This document shows positions 47,442 through 60,009 of a stretch of DNA of 64,000 nucleotides, piece after piece. The position numbers and the translations under genes were made by a program. The notes under the pieces were generated by a model. The model was not told the origin of the DNA, did no database searches, and worked only from the letters and a program-made list of their open reading frames with translations. How positions within the stretch are numbered: position 1 is the first letter of the stretch; each line of letters starts with the position of its first letter. This DNA comes from Arcobacteraceae bacterium (GTDB lineage: Bacteria > Campylobacterota > Campylobacteria > Campylobacterales > Arcobacteraceae): contig JBLWVX010000004.1 in the NCBI GenBank assembly GCA_048268245.1, positions 32,001 through 96,000 of the forward strand, in the 5' to 3' direction.

Positions 47442-47699
47442 ATGGCTAATCACTGTCAATACTGCTCTAAAAAAATACCTATTTCAAAGGTTTTTTGCTC
47501 AAAAGAGTGTAAAGAAAACTATTTTGAAAAAGCAATTATTAATATTCCTAAACCTTTTGTAAAAAAACTATATTTTTTTTGTAATGAAGAAGAAAAAGAA
47601 GCAGAAATCTTAAAGTTTTGCGAAAGACATAACTGGAAAGAACAGCTAGTAAAACAGAAAATTGAAGAAATTTATTTAGAGTATTTTAAATGTGGATAA
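47442..47699 (+). CDS. Small Zn-ribbon protein (DUF2116-like)
   Basis: HCQYCSKKIP....FCSKEC; AAGGAG RBS. Confidence 0.75.
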   Translation: MANHCQYCSKKIPISKVFCSKECKENYFEKAIINIPKPFVKKLYFFCNEEEKEAEILKFCERHNWKEQLVKQKIEEIYLEYFKCG

Positions 47700-47724
47700 A
47701 AAGTAGCAATGCTACTTTTTATCT
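47696..47724. terminator. Bidirectional terminator between convergent genes
   Basis: GATAAAAAGTAGC-AAT-GCTACTTTTTATC perfect inverted repeat. Confidence 0.8.
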
Positions 47725-47731
47725 TTTTGTC

Positions 47732-48916
47732 TTAGTGACAACCACATCCTGTACCACAACTACCACCAGATGATTGTTGAGTTTGTTGTGCAGAACTAGC
47801 ACTTGCAGCTGTTGTTGAACAAGCACTTACACCTGGAGGTGTAGTTGGTTGAATATCTGCATTTGATCTATCATCATCTACGCTATCTAAGAAAGCAATT
47901 ACTTTTGATGCTGCTTCCATATATCTTTTTGCAGATATTGATTCAGGGTTAAAGTAAGTAATTGGTTTACCACCATCTCCACCTTCTCTAATTGCTGGTT
48001 CAATTGGTAAGTTACCTAATACTTGAGTATTGTATTGATCAGCTAAATCTTCACAAGTTCCCATTCCAAAAATATCTGATTCTGTTTCACATGATGGACA
48101 AATAAATCCACTCATATTTTCAACAATACCAGCTACAGGAATATGTAACTTTTGGAACATATCTAAAGATCTTCTTGAATCATCAAGTGCAACATGCTGT
48201 GGAGTTGTTACATTAATACCAGCTGCAACTGGAACACTTTGAGCAAGTGTTAATTGAGCATCACCAGTACCAGGAGGCATATCAATGAAAAGAATATCTA
48301 ACTCTTCCCATAAAATATCTCTTAACAGTTGTTGGATAGCTTTCATAATCATAGCCCCTCTCCAAATAACTGCTTGACCTTCATCCATTAATACACCCAT
48401 TGACATTACATCAACACCATATGCATTAAGTGGTCTTGCTTTTTCACCGATAACTTCTACTTCTTTTCCTTGTAATCCCATCATTCTTGGAATATTTGGA
48501 CCATAAATATCAGCATCAAGAATACCTACTTTTTTACCTTGCATAGAAGCTGCAACAGCTAAGTTTACTGTAGTAGTTGATTTACCAACTCCACCTTTAC
48601 CAGAACTTACCATTACAATTTTTTTAATCTGTGGAGCGATGTTTTTACCACTTACAGAGTTAGAGTTTTGTTTTGGAACTTGTGGCTTATTGAACCCAAG
48701 TCTTACTTCAAGTCCAATAGCATTGATACAGGCATGAATATCTTTTCTTAATTGATCTTCAACCTCTTGAGCACTAGATGTAATATCTAATACAATTGAA
48801 GCAGTGTTTCCTTCTAATTGAACATCTTTTACGAACCCAAAGTCCATAATAGATTTTTCAAATCCAGGATACTTAACCTTTTCAAGTTCTTTTTTAATAT
48901 CTTCTATATTTGCCAT
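47732..48916 (-). CDS. mrp: Mrp/ApbC (NBP35) Fe-S carrier ATPase
   Basis: SGKGGVGKST, DADIYGPN, IDMPPGTGD, ENMSGFICPSC. Confidence 0.95.
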   Translation of the reverse strand: MANIEDIKKELEKVKYPGFEKSIMDFGFVKDVQLEGNTASIVLDITSSAQEVEDQLRKDIHACINAIGLEVRLGFNKPQVPKQNSNSVSGKNIAPQIKKIVMVSSGKGGVGKSTTTVNLAVAASMQGKKVGILDADIYGPNIPRMMGLQGKEVEVIGEKARPLNAYGVDVMSMGVLMDEGQAVIWRGAMIMKAIQQLLRDILWEELDILFIDMPPGTGDAQLTLAQSVPVAAGINVTTPQHVALDDSRRSLDMFQKLHIPVAGIVENMSGFICPSCETESDIFGMGTCEDLADQYNTQVLGNLPIEPAIREGGDGGKPITYFNPESISAKRYMEAASKVIAFLDSVDDDRSNADIQPTTPPGVSACSTTAASASSAQQTQQSSGGSCGTGCGCH

Positions 48917-49155
48917 AGAAAAATCCTTTTTATAAAGTTTTATATTTAAATTTTTTGTATTATAATTGAAATAGGATAATTTTTGTCTTAATTAAACTAA
49001 ATTTTCTATTTTTTTGTAAAAAGTAAAGGTTTATTTACTTTTTTAAACAGTGATATTTTATCAAAAGTTTATGAAATACATAGAATTTTAAAGGCTTTAG
49101 ATTTATTGTTTTTTATAATTTTGATTTTTGGAAATAGTTTTGAAAGTTTAAAATA

Positions 49156-49196
49156 AAAAAAGCACCCTTCAAATTATTTTGAAAGATGCTTTTTTA
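49156..49196 (-). terminator. Probable terminator downstream of thiC
   Basis: AAAAAAGCA..TTCAAA/TTTGAA..TGCTTTTTT hairpin. Confidence 0.65.
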
Positions 49197-49207
49197 TTAG
49201 GTGATTT

Positions 49208-50848
<1,641 letters not shown>

Positions 50849-50942
50849 TTATAAAACCTTAATCCAAGCAATTAATTTCCATTTATTATTTGTATAAGTT
50901 TCTTTTCTATATAATAATCAAAGAAAAAATAATGGGATAATT

Positions 50943-51764
50943 ATGAAAAATAAAGTAAAAAAGCAAATTGATTCATTACCACCATTACCCAATAGTATTA
51001 TAGAACTAGAAGAGTTTAAAAAAGTAAAAAACTCTTCTCCTGATGAATTGATAAAAATAATTGAGAAAGATCCCCTGTTAGTAGCAAATATACTAAAAGT
51101 AGCAAACTCTTCAATGTTTGGTTTTAGAAGTAGTGTAGATACTTTAAGTAGAGCTATAAACTTACTTGGCATAAACTTTACTATTTCATTAGCAATGGGC
51201 TCAATTGTTCAAAATACAGTAAAATGTAACCTTTTGGCCTATAGCATTTCAACGGATGAATTTATAAACTTAAGTGCTTTATCTACAAAAATTATAAATG
51301 AATGGATTTCAAAAATAGACAATGACTTAAAAGATAATTTATTAATGCCTGCGTTTTTACAAGAAACAGGTAAATTTATCATTGCTAAAATAATTGAACA
51401 AGAAAATAAAATTGATGACTTCAAAGAAGCTTTAAATAAAGAGAATGATATTTCAACAGTTGAGATAAACTTTACAGGCTTTACGACAGCTAAAATTACT
51501 GCTAACTTATTTAAACATTGGGGGCTAACTCACAATATCATATATTCAATAGGGTTTGTTGATGATATAAATAATGCTTCTAGTGAATATAAGAAAAAAG
51601 CACAAATTCTAAAAATCACAAAAGAGCTTGCTAACTTCAAAGCTCCTTTGAGTGATTCATCTATTGAAATGGCAAATAAATTGTCAAAATCTTATGGATT
51701 TGATGAAAAACAACTAAATAATTCAATTCAATCAATAAAAGATCAAATTCTAAATAATTCTTAA
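50943..51764 (+). CDS. HDOD-domain protein
   Basis: SLPPLP, IEKDPLLVANILKVANS..FG, AINLLG, KHWGL. Confidence 0.9.
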   Translation: MKNKVKKQIDSLPPLPNSIIELEEFKKVKNSSPDELIKIIEKDPLLVANILKVANSSMFGFRSSVDTLSRAINLLGINFTISLAMGSIVQNTVKCNLLAYSISTDEFINLSALSTKIINEWISKIDNDLKDNLLMPAFLQETGKFIIAKIIEQENKIDDFKEALNKENDISTVEINFTGFTTAKITANLFKHWGLTHNIIYSIGFVDDINNASSEYKKKAQILKITKELANFKAPLSDSSIEMANKLSKSYGFDEKQLNNSIQSIKDQILNNS

Positions 51765-51822
51765 CTTTTCATAAGTAACATTAGATTATAATATGTAACT
51801 TTTTTACACAAAGGGGATATTA

Positions 51823-52941
51823 GTGTCTGACGTTGCTTTAATTGTACTATGCGCTGGTAATTCTACTAGATTTCAACATAAAGCAAAAAAACAGTGGCTT
51901 AGAATTGAAAATGAACCACTATGGCTAAATGTGACTAAACGATTATCAGGTTTTGCTCAATTTGAGAAGATTATTGTTACTGCCCACAAAAATGAAATCG
52001 GGTATATGCAAAACTTTAATGATGACTACACGTACGTAACAGGCGGCGACACAAGACAAGAATCTATGGCAAACTCTCTAAAAGAAGTTACCTCTAAATA
52101 TGTAATGGTGACTGACGTTGCAAGAGCTTGCGTTCCTAAGAGTGTAATTGATAATCTACTCAACGAAAAAGGTGTAAAAGATTGTATAGTTCCTGTTCTA
52201 GATGTTTCTGATACAGTAATATACAATGAAGATACAATAAATAGAGATAATGTAAAACTTATCCAAACTCCTCAACTCTCAAAAACTGACATCTTAAAAA
52301 AAGCCTTAGATACAATAACTGAATTTACTGATGATAGCTCTGCTATAAAAGCAATAAATGGTTCTATTAAATATGTAAAGGGAAGTATTGAAAGCAAAAA
52401 ACTAACTCATGGTGATGAAATAAATGACTTACCAGCTTTAAAAGCAGCATCAAATAACTTCTTTACAGGAACTGGTATAGATATTCATCAATTTGAAGAT
52501 GGTAAAAAGATGTATTTAGGTGGTGTTGAGATCCCTTGTGAATATGGTTTTAAAGCTCATAGTGATGGAGATGTATTAATTCATTCAGTAATAGATGCAC
52601 TATTAGGTGCAGCTGGTGCTGGAGATATAGGAGAATTTTTTCCTGATACTGACCCAAAATATAAAGGTGCTGATTCAAAACTATTACTTCAAGAGATTGT
52701 AGAGTTTATTTATAATGTTGGCTATGAAATAGTAAATATAGACCTTACTATATTAGCTCAACAACCTAAAATTAATCCTTTCAAAAAAGATATTAAAAAA
52801 CAATTATCAAAAATTTTAGCCCTTGAAAAGCAATTTATCAATATAAAAGCAACTACTGGGGAGAAAATGGGATTTGTTGGTAGAAAAGAAGGTGTGGCAG
52901 TTCAAAGTATTGCTACATTAAAATACTATAAATGGAAGTAA
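51823..52941 (+). CDS. ispDF: Bifunctional IspD/IspF
   Basis: CAGNSTRF, GGDTRQES, IQTPQ, GIDIHQF, AHSDGDV..H, DIGEFFPD, KATTGE. Confidence 0.97.
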   Translation: MSDVALIVLCAGNSTRFQHKAKKQWLRIENEPLWLNVTKRLSGFAQFEKIIVTAHKNEIGYMQNFNDDYTYVTGGDTRQESMANSLKEVTSKYVMVTDVARACVPKSVIDNLLNEKGVKDCIVPVLDVSDTVIYNEDTINRDNVKLIQTPQLSKTDILKKALDTITEFTDDSSAIKAINGSIKYVKGSIESKKLTHGDEINDLPALKAASNNFFTGTGIDIHQFEDGKKMYLGGVEIPCEYGFKAHSDGDVLIHSVIDALLGAAGAGDIGEFFPDTDPKYKGADSKLLLQEIVEFIYNVGYEIVNIDLTILAQQPKINPFKKDIKKQLSKILALEKQFINIKATTGEKMGFVGRKEGVAVQSIATLKYYKWK

Positions 52942-52944
52942 AAT

Positions 52945-53835
52945 ATGAATATTTTAATTATTGAAAATGAGATTTATTTAGCACAAAAAGTAGTTTCTAG
53001 ACTACTTGATGATGGACACAGTTGTGATTATATTGAATCACCAAATATTGATAACTTATCAAAAGATTATGACATAGTACTTTTATCAACTTCACTTCCA
53101 TCAAGTTTATGTAAAAATATAATCAAAAAATATAAAGAAAACTCTATTATTCTTCTTTTAGTTTCATATATTTCAGATGAAACAGTTACAAACCCTATAA
53201 AAGATGGTGCAAAAGATTATATTATGAAACCATTTTTAATGGATGAACTTGTAAGAAAAATTTATCACTATAAAGAGTGTAGAAGTTTAAAAAGAGAACT
53301 ACAGACACTAAGAGAATACGTTGATTTTATTATGGACGAAGTTGATACAACTGATACGTTCTTGCCTCCATCATTCCCTACTTTAGTTGAATCAAACTCA
53401 CAAAAATGTGCAGATAAACTTGTATTTAAATTATCAAGAAGACTTGATATGCCAATCTCATTTATCTCACTAAATTGTGCAAATTGGCAAAAGAAACTAA
53501 ATGCATTAGATGATAAAGGTATTATATATCTTACTGAGTACCACAGTTTAAAAAGAACTGCAAAAGATAATCTTATTAAATTGATAGAGCATAAAAACTG
53601 TGTGATTTCATCACTTGAAAGTGAAGAAGACTTCCCATACAGAAAAATAGAGTTTAACAATGAGAATTTACTTATGAGTACTACAAATATCATGACTATA
53701 AATGACTATGTAAAACTTATGGTTCTATCATACCAATCAAAATACCCAGATACAGAACTATCTAAAAAACTTGGTATTTCAAGAAAATCTCTTTGGGAAA
53801 AGAGAAAAAAACTTGGTATAGAAAAAAAGAAATAA
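52945..53835 (+). CDS. Atypical orphan response regulator (HP1021/Cj1608-like)
   Basis: Receiver IIENE...DIVLLS (Ser at the phospho-Asp position), YIMKPF, C-terminal Fis-type HTH LSKKLGISRKSLWEKRKK; follows ispDF. Confidence 0.8.
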   Translation: MNILIIENEIYLAQKVVSRLLDDGHSCDYIESPNIDNLSKDYDIVLLSTSLPSSLCKNIIKKYKENSIILLLVSYISDETVTNPIKDGAKDYIMKPFLMDELVRKIYHYKECRSLKRELQTLREYVDFIMDEVDTTDTFLPPSFPTLVESNSQKCADKLVFKLSRRLDMPISFISLNCANWQKKLNALDDKGIIYLTEYHSLKRTAKDNLIKLIEHKNCVISSLESEEDFPYRKIEFNNENLLMSTTNIMTINDYVKLMVLSYQSKYPDTELSKKLGISRKSLWEKRKKLGIEKKK

Positions 53836-53843
53836 GGTAAATT

Positions 53844-54317
53844 ATGAATTTAAGAAAGTTTTTCCTAACAGTTGGATATTCAGGTTTATCTCCAAAAGCT
53901 CCTGGAACAGTAGGTTCATTTGTAGCTTTAATCTTAGCAATTGGTATACTACAAGTATTTGATGTTTCAACTCTATTTTTATTAGGCTTATTTGTTACTG
54001 TGATTGCAGTAAAACAAATAGATATATATGAAAAAGAAGTAGGTGAGCATGATAGTAAAGAAATAGTAATTGATGAGCTTGCAGGAATGTGGATAGCACT
54101 ATCAATTTGTAAACCAACAGAATCAAACCTTCTTATTATGGCAGCCTTAGCCTTTATATTCTTTAGAATATTTGATATATGGAAACCTTCAATTATTGGA
54201 AGAATCGATGAAAAAGTAAAAGGTGGATGGGGAGTTATGGGTGATGATGTAATCGCCGGAATTGCAGGTGGTATCTCAGCCTCAGCAGTTTACTACTTAG
54301 TTACACAATTTATTTAA
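53844..54317 (+). CDS. pgpA: Phosphatidylglycerophosphatase A
   Basis: PKAPGTVGS, EIVIDELAG, FRIFDIWKP, GVMGDD. Confidence 0.96.
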   Translation: MNLRKFFLTVGYSGLSPKAPGTVGSFVALILAIGILQVFDVSTLFLLGLFVTVIAVKQIDIYEKEVGEHDSKEIVIDELAGMWIALSICKPTESNLLIMAALAFIFFRIFDIWKPSIIGRIDEKVKGGWGVMGDDVIAGIAGGISASAVYYLVTQFI

Positions 54318-54358
54318 ATAAAAGCTCGTTAGTCTAAATTAGACTAACAATGCTTTAT
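54318..54358. terminator. Hairpin after pgpA
   Basis: GTTAGTCT-AAATT-AGACTAAC stem extended by AAAGC/GCTTT. Confidence 0.65.
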
Positions 54359-54412
54359 TACTACATATATTTTCTATTTATTAACAGATTTAAAAAGTTT
54401 TTATTCGTGATT

Positions 54413-54600
54413 AAAATAGTGAAAAAGTTCACTGTTTTGTTGAAGTTCAAGGCAAAATTTGGAATTTATGAGGAGCGTACATATAGTATGGAAGTAGGGG
54501 AAAACTTGTGCCCATAAGGCACAAGGCAAACTTCACGCGTAACTTGAAGTTTTCAACGCAGAAATTGCGTAAAATAGGTAAACTATTTTACGATTTTTGC
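54413..54600. repeat. GC-richer multi-hairpin intergenic element overlapping the carA stop
   Basis: Hairpins AAAATAGTGAA/TTCACTGTTTT, CTTGTGCC/GGCACAAG, CGTAAAATAG/CTATTTTACG; only one copy in this window. Confidence 0.5.
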
Positions 54601-55707
54601 GAATTCGTCAAAGATATATTTCGACTCATGTGGCCCTGGAGATGCCTCTGGGTGATGTTGTACTGAGAAGATATCTTTATTTTTATATTTTACACCTTCT
54701 ATAGTTCCATCAAATAAGTTTTTATGAGTAATCTCAGCAATTTGCTCAATTGAATCTGGAACATTATAGTTATGGTTTTGTGCAGTAATTTCTACAACCA
54801 TTGTTTTAGGGTTTGCAACTGGATGATTTCCACCGTGTTGTCCAAATGGTAATTTATATGTATCATGCCCATGAGCAATTGATAACATTTGGTGTCCTAA
54901 ACAAATAGCAAACATCGGAATACCTGCTCCAATTAGTTTTTGTACTTCTTTTTTCTCTTCTGTTAAAGTAAGTGGATCACCTGGTCCATTTGATAAGAAA
55001 ATACCACCGATTTCTTTAGCTTCAAATCTAGCTATTAAATCATCAGCTTTAAACGTTGATGGAACAACTTCAACTTCTAATCCTGATTGAACTAATTCAT
55101 TTAAGATATTTCTTTTTACACCAAAGTCAACAACAACGATTTTTTTATCACTCATTACAGCTTTATTGTAAGCTTTTGATTCATGATTCCAAGCTCCACT
55201 TTTGTGAATATAAGGCTCTTTTGTAGATACTTGTTCTATATAGTTAATATCTTCAATTCTTGGACTTTCACTTAGTTTTTTAGCTAATTCATCTTTATCA
55301 GAAATTTCAGTTGAAGCAATCATCATCATTGCACCTTCATCTCTAATCATTTTAGTTAAGTATCTTGTATCAATTGCTGTAATACCTAAAACATTATGCT
55401 CTTTTAAAAGTGAATCTAAATCACCTTGCGCTCTATAGTTTGAGTATTTATGATGATAGTTTCTAACTAATACACCTTTACAGTATGCTGTTTTACTTTC
55501 CATATCATCTTCATTTACACCAACATTTCCAATTTCTGGCATTGTAAATGTTACAAACTGTCCTGCGTATGATGGATCAGTAATGATTTCTTGGTAACCT
55601 GTTAATGACGTATTAAATACTACTTCTCCAACAGATGTACCAGTTGCACCAAAAGATTTTGCTTCTAAAAATGTTCCGTTTTCTAAGTAAATCCAAACTT
55701 TTTGCAT
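54583..55707 (-). CDS. carA: Carbamoyl-phosphate synthase small subunit
   Basis: GEVVFNT.LTGYQE..TDPSY, LSNGPGDP, AICLGHQ, QHHPEASPGP. Confidence 0.98.
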   Translation of the reverse strand: MQKVWIYLENGTFLEAKSFGATGTSVGEVVFNTSLTGYQEIITDPSYAGQFVTFTMPEIGNVGVNEDDMESKTAYCKGVLVRNYHHKYSNYRAQGDLDSLLKEHNVLGITAIDTRYLTKMIRDEGAMMMIASTEISDKDELAKKLSESPRIEDINYIEQVSTKEPYIHKSGAWNHESKAYNKAVMSDKKIVVVDFGVKRNILNELVQSGLEVEVVPSTFKADDLIARFEAKEIGGIFLSNGPGDPLTLTEEKKEVQKLIGAGIPMFAICLGHQMLSIAHGHDTYKLPFGQHGGNHPVANPKTMVVEITAQNHNYNVPDSIEQIAEITHKNLFDGTIEGVKYKNKDIFSVQHHPEASPGPHESKYIFDEFAKIVK

Positions 55708-55708
55708 C

Positions 55709-56260
55709 TTATATTAACCCTCTTTTAATTAATTCTTCTTCATATAGTCTATGATAAACTAAATCATAATCCTCAGTCCCTGGTATTAACTTTCTTTTAT
55801 AGTTTTTAAGCTTAGCTAATACCATTGAGTCTGCTTCTTCAAAACCTTTCATAAACTCATCGATTGATGAGAAAATGATATTTTTAACTTGATTGTCAGA
55901 GCAAGTATAATGAATATAATCCTCTTCCCATAAAAAGTCTAAAACTTGATGGGCAATATCAGAGAATCTATCTTCATTATTTAAAATAACACCAAAATCA
56001 TTTGCTAATCTTTTTTTAGTCATCCAAAAAAGTTGCCTTCTATCAGCATTTAACATTTCAATTTCTTCATCTTGTCCATCAAGAATATCATCAACTTTTT
56101 CGTCTAATTCAAACTCTTTTTCTATATCAGCATCCATGATTCTTTCTATTTGTGCTTCTATAGCATTTTTATCTTTTCTTACCTCTACGAAATCACAATT
56201 AATGATGTCTCTTGTAATTCTTCTAGAGATATATGGTGTATGATGTAATTTGATTCTCAT
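55709..56260 (-). CDS. DUF507-family protein
   Basis: KLKNYKRKLIPGTEDYDLVY..LYEEEL; between purA and carA. Confidence 0.85.
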   Translation of the reverse strand: MRIKLHHTPYISRRITRDIINCDFVEVRKDKNAIEAQIERIMDADIEKEFELDEKVDDILDGQDEEIEMLNADRRQLFWMTKKRLANDFGVILNNEDRFSDIAHQVLDFLWEEDYIHYTCSDNQVKNIIFSSIDEFMKGFEEADSMVLAKLKNYKRKLIPGTEDYDLVYHRLYEEELIKRGLI

Positions 56261-56264
56261 CGTA

Positions 56265-57518
<1,254 letters not shown>

Positions 57519-57524
57519 TTAATC

Positions 57525-58370
57525 CTAATCCTCTAAAATTTTTAATAAACTATCTGTGTATAGGGCAAAACCTAATGAACAAGTACCTTCACTTGAATAC
57601 ATACCACCCTTACATACTGTTAAATTATCGCTAATTACTCTATAATAAACACCATTGTAATACTTTAATGAACCATAATATAATGGAGCAATTACTGTAT
57701 TGTTGTAGTTAACTTCACTTGCTTTTTCAAGTAGTTTTTCTAACTCTGCTTTTATTGATATTGGAACTATTGAAATTACATTTTTTAAATCTTCAATATT
57801 TTTCACTTTAATAAGTTCATTTAGCCATTTACAATCTAATTTAAACAGTGATGCTATTTCACCATTTTTAAATAAATCAATATCAATATTTAATTCACTT
57901 GCTACAAGTTTTGGAATATTGATATTTGATATTTGGAAAACTGGTTCTAAATCTAATGCTTTTAAAATGTCTGCTGTTAAGTTCATAACATCAGAAATAT
58001 TATCATGACCTATCCATTCACAACCTATTTGATACTCTTCATTTGATGGATAAGTAAACACTGGCTGAACATAAAACCATTTTTTATGATCTGTTGTTCT
58101 TCCTAATCTTTTTGAGATAATTCTTACTACATCTAAAGTAGAATCAGCTCTTAAAGATACTTGTTCATTATCCTCATCCGAAAACTTAATAAGCTTTTTT
58201 TCATCAGCAATTGACTGATGTTGTGAGTATGAAAAGTTAGGTGTTAGAATCTCTTCAAAACCATTTTTGTCCAATATTTCACAAACTTTATTTTCTAAAG
58301 TTCTTTTAGCTTTAGCAGCCTTTGCAAAATATAATCTACTTCCCTTTGGTATTTCGTGTTCAAAAACCAT
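57525..58370 (-). CDS. hisZ: ATP phosphoribosyltransferase regulatory subunit
   Basis: HEIPKG, EILTP, LRADST, EYQIGCE, YYNG, GGMY; upstream of purA. Confidence 0.85.
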   Translation of the reverse strand: MVFEHEIPKGSRLYFAKAAKAKRTLENKVCEILDKNGFEEILTPNFSYSQHQSIADEKKLIKFSDEDNEQVSLRADSTLDVVRIISKRLGRTTDHKKWFYVQPVFTYPSNEEYQIGCEWIGHDNISDVMNLTADILKALDLEPVFQISNINIPKLVASELNIDIDLFKNGEIASLFKLDCKWLNELIKVKNIEDLKNVISIVPISIKAELEKLLEKASEVNYNNTVIAPLYYGSLKYYNGVYYRVISDNLTVCKGGMYSSEGTCSLGFALYTDSLLKILED

Positions 58371-58375
58371 AACTG

Positions 58376-59485
58376 CTAGTTTCCTTTAAACATTTGTTCA
58401 AGGAAAACTCTATTTGCAGTTCCATCAAATGTTCTTAAATTTAGTTCATCCATAGCAAGTTCAATTGCATTTACAGCCCAAGCTGCCTCGTAATCTTCAA
58501 CTAATCCCATATGATTAACTCTAAAGATTAATTTTTTGATATGGTCTTGTCCACCTGCGATATTTACATTATATTTAGTTTTTAAAACTTTTCTTATTTC
58601 TGGTGCATGCTCTGTATAAACAGTTGTCATAGCATTAGCAGGACTTTGAGGGAATATCTCACATCCAATTGCTTTTAAAGCTTCTCTTGAAGCCTTTGCT
58701 CTTAATGCTGTTTTTTCATATAAAGCATCATATCCACCATTTTCTTTTATATGTGATAAAATCTCTTTTAATCCAATGATTAAAGTCGTAGCTGCTGTCC
58801 ATGCTGTAGTATTTGTTCTTTGTTTTTTAATCTCAGTTGCTAAATTAAAGTAAAAGCCTCTTGCTTTACTTTCTACTTTTTCAACTGCTGCATTTGATAA
58901 ACCAATTACTGCTAAACCTGGTGGTAACATTAAAGCTTTTTGACTTCCTGTAATAACTGCATCTAAATTTGAAGTATCAATTTTTTCAACACCAATTGCA
59001 GTAATTCCATCAGCTACAACTGTGATATCTTTATTTATTTTTTTAACTTCTTGTGCAATTTGCTCAACAGGGTGTCTTAATCCCCCTGCACTTTCACATA
59101 GTTGAATAAAAACGGCATCTATTTCACTGTCATTTTTAACAGCTTCAACTACTGCTTCAACACTTACAGGTACATTCCATTCATTTTTAATTTCAGTATA
59201 ATCAATATCAAAAGCTTTACAGATTTTTCCGAATCTCTCACCAAACTTCCCTGAGTTTACAGTAAGAGCTTTTTTATGAGTTAAGTTTGTAACACAAGCT
59301 TCCATAGCTCCTGAACCACTTGATGCAAGCATTACAACCTCATCCATTCCATATAATTCAAATAGTAATTCTCTAGTTTCAGCAAATATTGCTTCAAACT
59401 CTGGCGTTCTATGGTGAATAGTTACATCAGCCATCGCCTTTCTTACAAATTCTGGTACTGGAGTAGGACCTGGAGTTAATAGCAT
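58376..59485 (-). CDS. Class V PLP aminotransferase (alanine-glyoxylate/serine-pyruvate family)
   Basis: MLLTPGPTPVP, SGSGAMEA, GSQKALMLPPGL, AGGQD, RVNHMG. Confidence 0.93.
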   Translation of the reverse strand: MLLTPGPTPVPEFVRKAMADVTIHHRTPEFEAIFAETRELLFELYGMDEVVMLASSGSGAMEACVTNLTHKKALTVNSGKFGERFGKICKAFDIDYTEIKNEWNVPVSVEAVVEAVKNDSEIDAVFIQLCESAGGLRHPVEQIAQEVKKINKDITVVADGITAIGVEKIDTSNLDAVITGSQKALMLPPGLAVIGLSNAAVEKVESKARGFYFNLATEIKKQRTNTTAWTAATTLIIGLKEILSHIKENGGYDALYEKTALRAKASREALKAIGCEIFPQSPANAMTTVYTEHAPEIRKVLKTKYNVNIAGGQDHIKKLIFRVNHMGLVEDYEAAWAVNAIELAMDELNLRTFDGTANRVFLEQMFKGN

Positions 59486-59602
59486 TTCATATTCCTTAAT
59501 TTTCTTTCTTTATAGCAAAACATGATATTTTAGCTAATAATTTATTATTAAACGGTTAAGCAAATAAAATAACAAATTTTATTGAAAAACTGTTATTTTC
59601 TC

Positions 59603-59631
59603 TTGACAAATAAATTTTTTTCTTGTAGAAT
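59603..59631 (+). promoter_or_regulatory. Sigma70-type promoter for the Lys/Ala-rich ORF
   Basis: TTGACA (59603-59608), 17 bp, TAGAAT (59626-59631). Confidence 0.7.
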
Positions 59632-59700
59632 CTCTATAATTTATTACTTTTATACAGAAGTAATAGTAAAAAACCATAATAATAACAAAGGAAATAACAA

Positions 59701-59889
59701 ATGGCAAAAGAATTAAAAGAAAAAAAAGTTGCAAAAATAGCTAAGAAAGCTACTAAAAAAGTTGTATCTAAGAAAAAAGACGTAAAAGCAGTTGCTAAAA
59801 AAGTTACTAAAAAAGTTTTAAAATTAAAACCTACTAAAGTAAAACAAGCTAAAAAAGCTGCTAAAAAAGTTGCTAAAAAAGCTGCATAA
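59701..59889 (+). CDS. Histone H1-like Lys/Ala-rich basic miniprotein
   Basis: 27 of 62 residues are Lys, in (V/A)AKK repeats; own promoter, AAGGA RBS and terminator. Confidence 0.8.
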   Translation: MAKELKEKKVAKIAKKATKKVVSKKKDVKAVAKKVTKKVLKLKPTKVKQAKKAAKKVAKKAA

Positions 59890-59915
59890 TTAAGCACTTT
59901 TTTAATACCCTTCTT

Positions 59916-59948
59916 AAAAAGGTAGTACATTTGTACTACCTTTTTTTA
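59916..59948 (+). terminator. Rho-independent terminator
   Basis: AAAAAGGTAGTAC-ATTT-GTACTACCTTTTTTTT. Confidence 0.88.
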
Positions 59949-60009
59949 TACCCTTTTAACACTAAATAAACTAAAATATTCAATTAAATTTAATACAAAG
60001 ACATACATC

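Noticed and set aside
59634..59930. 98-aa hydrophobic minus-strand ORF
   Set aside because: It is the antisense shadow of the Lys-rich gene (AAA codons read as TTT); promoter, RBS and terminator all support the plus strand.
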